DNA of 25,299 nucleotides from a virus: IMG/VR virus record IMGVR_UViG_3300012016_000039, positions 1 to 25,299 of that record; one strand, 5' to 3'. Shown piece by piece: positions 22,105 to 25,299 of this stretch (position 1 is its first letter; each line of letters starts with the position of its first letter). The notes under the pieces were generated by a model. It saw only the letters and a program-made list of their open reading frames with translations, ran no database searches and was not told where the DNA came from. The position numbers and the translations under genes were made by a program.

Positions 22105-23838
22105 TTAATCAGGATTCCAAGAATCGCGTGTTAATATTTCGCAATTAGTGACCATACCACGTGCGACATCGATATTTTGGTATACGATAGTCCCAACAGC
22201 TAATTGAGAATCATCTGAAGACATTAATTGAACAATATCAGAAGGTTTCGCATTAAGACAAATATATTCAAATTCGATTTTAACTTTATGTGAGTCAATG
22301 TATTCTATTAGATTTATAGCATACTCTGGTTCATCATGTTCATTACTTCTTGAATCTAGATAAGCAGGGCCCACTGATATAATTCTTCCATTAAAATCTT
22401 CGTTATTAAATTGAGCATACATATCAAATTTATCAGATATAAGTTTTTCAGCATAAATCGAAACGCCATCTAGAGGTTCACTGGTAAAATCGATCTGAAT
22501 ACCCATGGCACCCATAAGTGTATAATTAAAAGTAACGGAAGGTTGGTGCTCAAATCTAATGGAACTTACATTAATTGGTGTTGGGAACTGATATTGCCCA
22601 GAAGAAAGAAGTCTAAATATAAAAGAATCTTCATTGAGTGAGTACACAAAATATTCTAGATTCACTTGTTTCAGAGGTGGCTTATTTTCTATTTTAGGTT
22701 CTGAAAGTATAAAGTTCGCGCCGATCGAAATAGGTGGTGATTGGCTATTGATACTTTTAATAATAAGCTTTGAACTTCTAGTATCAAGAACGCCCAGAGA
22801 GCTATCGAACAGAATACATTGAAGAGCGTCACGACATGTACCTACAGGTATAAAACCATTTACTTCTTTATCAAGTATATTTCTTTCAATGGGCGAATAT
22901 ATTTCGAACAAATCCTGAGCATTTAACCCCATATAATTTGCTGTTTTTGCAAATACATCAGAAAGGAAGTCATAAAAAGATAAGTTACCAGTTGATAGAG
23001 GAGAGGAATTATAATTTATCTTACTCATTACTCCAAGTAATGAAAACAGATCAATACGTACCATATTTTCACGAACGTATGATATTTTATTCACATAGAA
23101 TCTGCCTAGGAACAAATCAATTTCAACGCCATCATTTATTATTTTAACCTGTGCATTTGATGGTGTTCCGGACCTAATAAAGTATGAGAACAGTTCATAA
23201 GTGTACATATTATTATACGACTCATCCAAATAGACCTCAGCTGTCAAGGTACTAATTTTTAGTTCCTCAGACAGTTCGCTACTTGATTCCATCATACTCA
23301 TTTCAGTTATTTCTTCACTGTCAATTTCCAGTATACCACCGACCAAAAGATTTTGCAAGTGTGCATAGCTAAATGGTTCATAAGATTCCAAAAAATTTAT
23401 TGATATAGCGGATATTGATTTTTTAGCTTGTTTTGTATACACGGTGCTGGAATCTATGTTATCGATTATTTCAGATGAAACAGAGTCATTATAATAATCA
23501 ATTCTTATTTTTTTGGGGTATATAGGGCCGAACTTAATAGTTAGTGTATAGAAGTCTGATATTACAGGTAGATCGCCATGTACCCAAACGTCTTGAAAAT
23601 TACAGTTTTCATCTGATAGTGAATCAGACATAAACGCAACGTTTTGATAGGTATCATCGAGTGTTTCATCTAAAACACTTCGGTTCAAAGATAGATCCAT
23701 AAATTGGTTTTCGACCTTTTCCACATTACTAAGTAGAGAAAGGTTGCCAAAACTTTTGTTCCCACTACAAGTCCAAACAATGCCGTTATTAGCTTGTTTA
23801 TTTAGCAGATTAATAGTTATTTTTGGTGATGTTTCCAT
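22105..23838 (-). CDS. Large phage tail/baseplate protein
   Basis: 577 aa; GVMSK...Y...GFIPVGTCRDALQCILF...R...L pattern typical of siphophage baseplate hub-like proteins. Confidence 0.62.
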   Translation of the reverse strand: METSPKITINLLNKQANNGIVWTCSGNKSFGNLSLLSNVEKVENQFMDLSLNRSVLDETLDDTYQNVAFMSDSLSDENCNFQDVWVHGDLPVISDFYTLTIKFGPIYPKKIRIDYYNDSVSSEIIDNIDSSTVYTKQAKKSISAISINFLESYEPFSYAHLQNLLVGGILEIDSEEITEMSMMESSSELSEELKISTLTAEVYLDESYNNMYTYELFSYFIRSGTPSNAQVKIINDGVEIDLFLGRFYVNKISYVRENMVRIDLFSLLGVMSKINYNSSPLSTGNLSFYDFLSDVFAKTANYMGLNAQDLFEIYSPIERNILDKEVNGFIPVGTCRDALQCILFDSSLGVLDTRSSKLIIKSINSQSPPISIGANFILSEPKIENKPPLKQVNLEYFVYSLNEDSFIFRLLSSGQYQFPTPINVSSIRFEHQPSVTFNYTLMGAMGIQIDFTSEPLDGVSIYAEKLISDKFDMYAQFNNEDFNGRIISVGPAYLDSRSNEHDEPEYAINLIEYIDSHKVKIEFEYICLNAKPSDIVQLMSSDDSQLAVGTIVYQNIDVARGMVTNCEILTRDSWNPD

Positions 23839-23882
23839 ATTTATATTATATACAAATCACTATAAAAATAATATATATATTA

Positions 23883-24656
23883 TTACTTTTCCCTTGAAAA
23901 AATCAATTCTTTGCATGTTAATAAAATTTTAGAAAATGTCTTAGCGATTAAAAGATCATTTGTAGAATGCATTTGAACATTTGGTAGTGAAGTTACTACT
24001 ATCATAGGTTGGTTAGATTCAAAACGTGAGTTAATAATTTGATACATGTTTGATATCAAAAATTTATTACTCAAGTCATGACTATCTAAGAAGTCATCTA
24101 TTATGATTAAATCAAATTGTCTGATATCATCAAGCAATTGATTTCTACTTATTATAAAATCGTTGTGTAATCTCAATGCATTAGTATACTTGCATTTAAA
24201 ACCCCTATTTAATAATGCATTTGTGATACATAGAGCAATGGTCGTTTTCCCACTTCGAATACTTCCATTTATGAGTAGGCCTTTGCTTGTATTTTTGTCA
24301 AAATTTTGTACATATTCTACAATTTCATCATTATGATCATTCTCTGGTATTTTATCAAAAGTTACGTATTTAAAATTAATATCGTAGAATGCATTTTTGA
24401 CAAGATTTTCTTTTGTGACCTCGTAATCGTAAGAATGCATTTTTTCTTTGTGTTTTTTCATCTCGTTAATAACGCAGTGACAAGATATGCAAAGTAATTC
24501 ATCACCAGATTTTATTTGCATTGGCATATTACATTTCCCACAGTACCAAATCTCATTTTTTTGATAATCGCCATCTTTAATTTTCAAGTTTTTCTTTGCG
24601 ATATGTGCAAGTTTTCTCACGAAATCTTTCGTAAATTGATTAGGCAAATAACTCAT
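23883..24656 (-). CDS. DnaC/IstB-like AAA+ ATPase (helicase loader)
   Basis: N-terminal YCGKC...CISC zinc motif, Walker A GSIRSGKT, Walker B IIIDD; follows the initiator gene. Confidence 0.85.
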   Translation of the reverse strand: MSYLPNQFTKDFVRKLAHIAKKNLKIKDGDYQKNEIWYCGKCNMPMQIKSGDELLCISCHCVINEMKKHKEKMHSYDYEVTKENLVKNAFYDINFKYVTFDKIPENDHNDEIVEYVQNFDKNTSKGLLINGSIRSGKTTIALCITNALLNRGFKCKYTNALRLHNDFIISRNQLLDDIRQFDLIIIDDFLDSHDLSNKFLISNMYQIINSRFESNQPMIVVTSLPNVQMHSTNDLLIAKTFSKILLTCKELIFSREK

Positions 24657-24680
24657 AATTATCTCCTTTCAAACTCAATG

Positions 24681-25298
24681 TTATTCAATAACATAGGCGT
24701 TATGGCCATTATTTTCTTTTGTTTTCCGATCGGGCGAGGACAGTGGGAAGAATGACATCCAACACATTTCTATGCTCCTGTCGACTATTTGTTTTTTTAT
24801 TTCATCGTCAGTTGATAGGGATTCGAGTTTTCTTAGAGACAACTCAAGCGCATGCTTAGTCAAAGGCTTTTTAATAACGCTTCGCATCCTTATGAATTCA
24901 AGGATTGATAGAACTAAATCCGTATTTTTGGTATACTGGTTTACGAGATTTATTAGTTCCATTTCCTTTTTTTTAATTCTAACCCCATTTTTTTCGATTT
25001 TTTTTTCTTCCGAGGGTAATTTTACCTTTGAAGCATTTTCGTCGAAATTTGGGCCATTTCTGTGTTCGTAATCACTATTTCTGTTTTGGGGGCCTATCCC
25101 ACTTTCGATTTTGCCATCTTTCATCTCGATTTTTTCGTTACTTTTATTTTTTTCTACTTCTTCTAAACAAGTAGAACTATTAATTTTTTTTCTGTTTAGT
25201 TTATTTATATACTTAGTCTTATTTGAGTTATTAATATAATATATATCTTTATTTATATCTAAGGCTTTTTCTTTTTTTTTGTTACTTTTTTTTCTTTT
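24681..25298 (-). CDS. Phage replication initiator, C-terminal part (runs off the window end)
   Basis: Frame stays open from 25124 to the window edge (Lys/Asn-rich linker); C-terminal KKPLT..AL.L.L.KL..L...I...SI...W..FFPL motif. Confidence 0.72.
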   Translation of the reverse strand, partial: KRKKSNKKKEKALDINKDIYYINNSNKTKYINKLNRKKINSSTCLEEVEKNKSNEKIEMKDGKIESGIGPQNRNSDYEHRNGPNFDENASKVKLPSEEKKIEKNGVRIKKKEMELINLVNQYTKNTDLVLSILEFIRMRSVIKKPLTKHALELSLRKLESLSTDDEIKKQIVDRSIEMCWMSFFPLSSPDRKTKENNGHNAYVIE

Positions 25299-25299
25299 T

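Larger units (their letters stand above)
1..25299. mobile_element. Temperate siphophage / probable phage-plasmid segment (both ends outside the window)
   Basis: Portal, scaffold, capsid, head-tail, major tail, tape measure, fibre, initiator and DnaC-like genes plus a ParA-RHH pair; no integrase, terminase or lysis genes and no clear host housekeeping genes in the window. Confidence 0.85.

Noticed and set aside
896-25071. Track ORFs antisense or frame-shifted inside real genes (e.g. 896-1090, 4722-5033, 5455-5652, 6060-6254, 6603-6938, 7325-7543, 8832-9230, 9221-9463, 10539-10880, 10811-10993, 10956-11147, 12739-12954, 12752-12982, 13959-14171, 14740-14955, 16580-16810, 16985-17209, 18491-18673, 18750-18956, 20851-21039, 22634-22822, 22938-23147, 23744-23932, 24306-24497, 24516-24755, 24772-25071)
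   Set aside because: They shadow well-supported genes and have no SD or recognisable motifs
24990-25135. Replication-origin iterons (AAAATCGA x3) in the initiator linker
   Set aside because: Only 8-bp, irregularly spaced copies in A-rich coding sequence; the origin may lie beyond the window
1-25299. tRNA, rRNA, integrase, terminase, holin/endolysin genes
   Set aside because: None recognisable; the small hydrophobic peptides were not called holins because they are unlinked to an endolysin and each is paired with an antisense RNA

Overview
AT-rich Firmicutes (Clostridia-like) temperate siphophage segment, probably a phage-plasmid. It encodes ParA plus a ribbon-helix-helix partner, DnaB, a replication initiator and DnaC-like loader, portal, scaffold, major capsid, head-tail, major tail, tape measure and fibre genes, two BspA-type LRR proteins, a Dam methylase and a two-gene secreted cargo. 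The morphogenesis genes are out of canonical order. The main unannotated signal is in six intergenic clusters. These hold 10 complete modules in which a 21-42 aa hydrophobic peptide gene (mostly missing from the ORF track) is transcribed convergently with a fully overlapping 75-95 nt antisense sRNA with its own sigmaA promoter and terminator. There are also 5 related sRNA units without a complete toxin gene, some in tandem arrays, and one unrelated sRNA. Wobble-biased covariation indicates that each peptide mRNA folds 5'-to-3'. The best reading is an expanded two-family type I toxin-antitoxin system with orphan-antitoxin arrays; toxicity and neutralisation are inferred, not shown. All alignments were done by eye and no database search was run.
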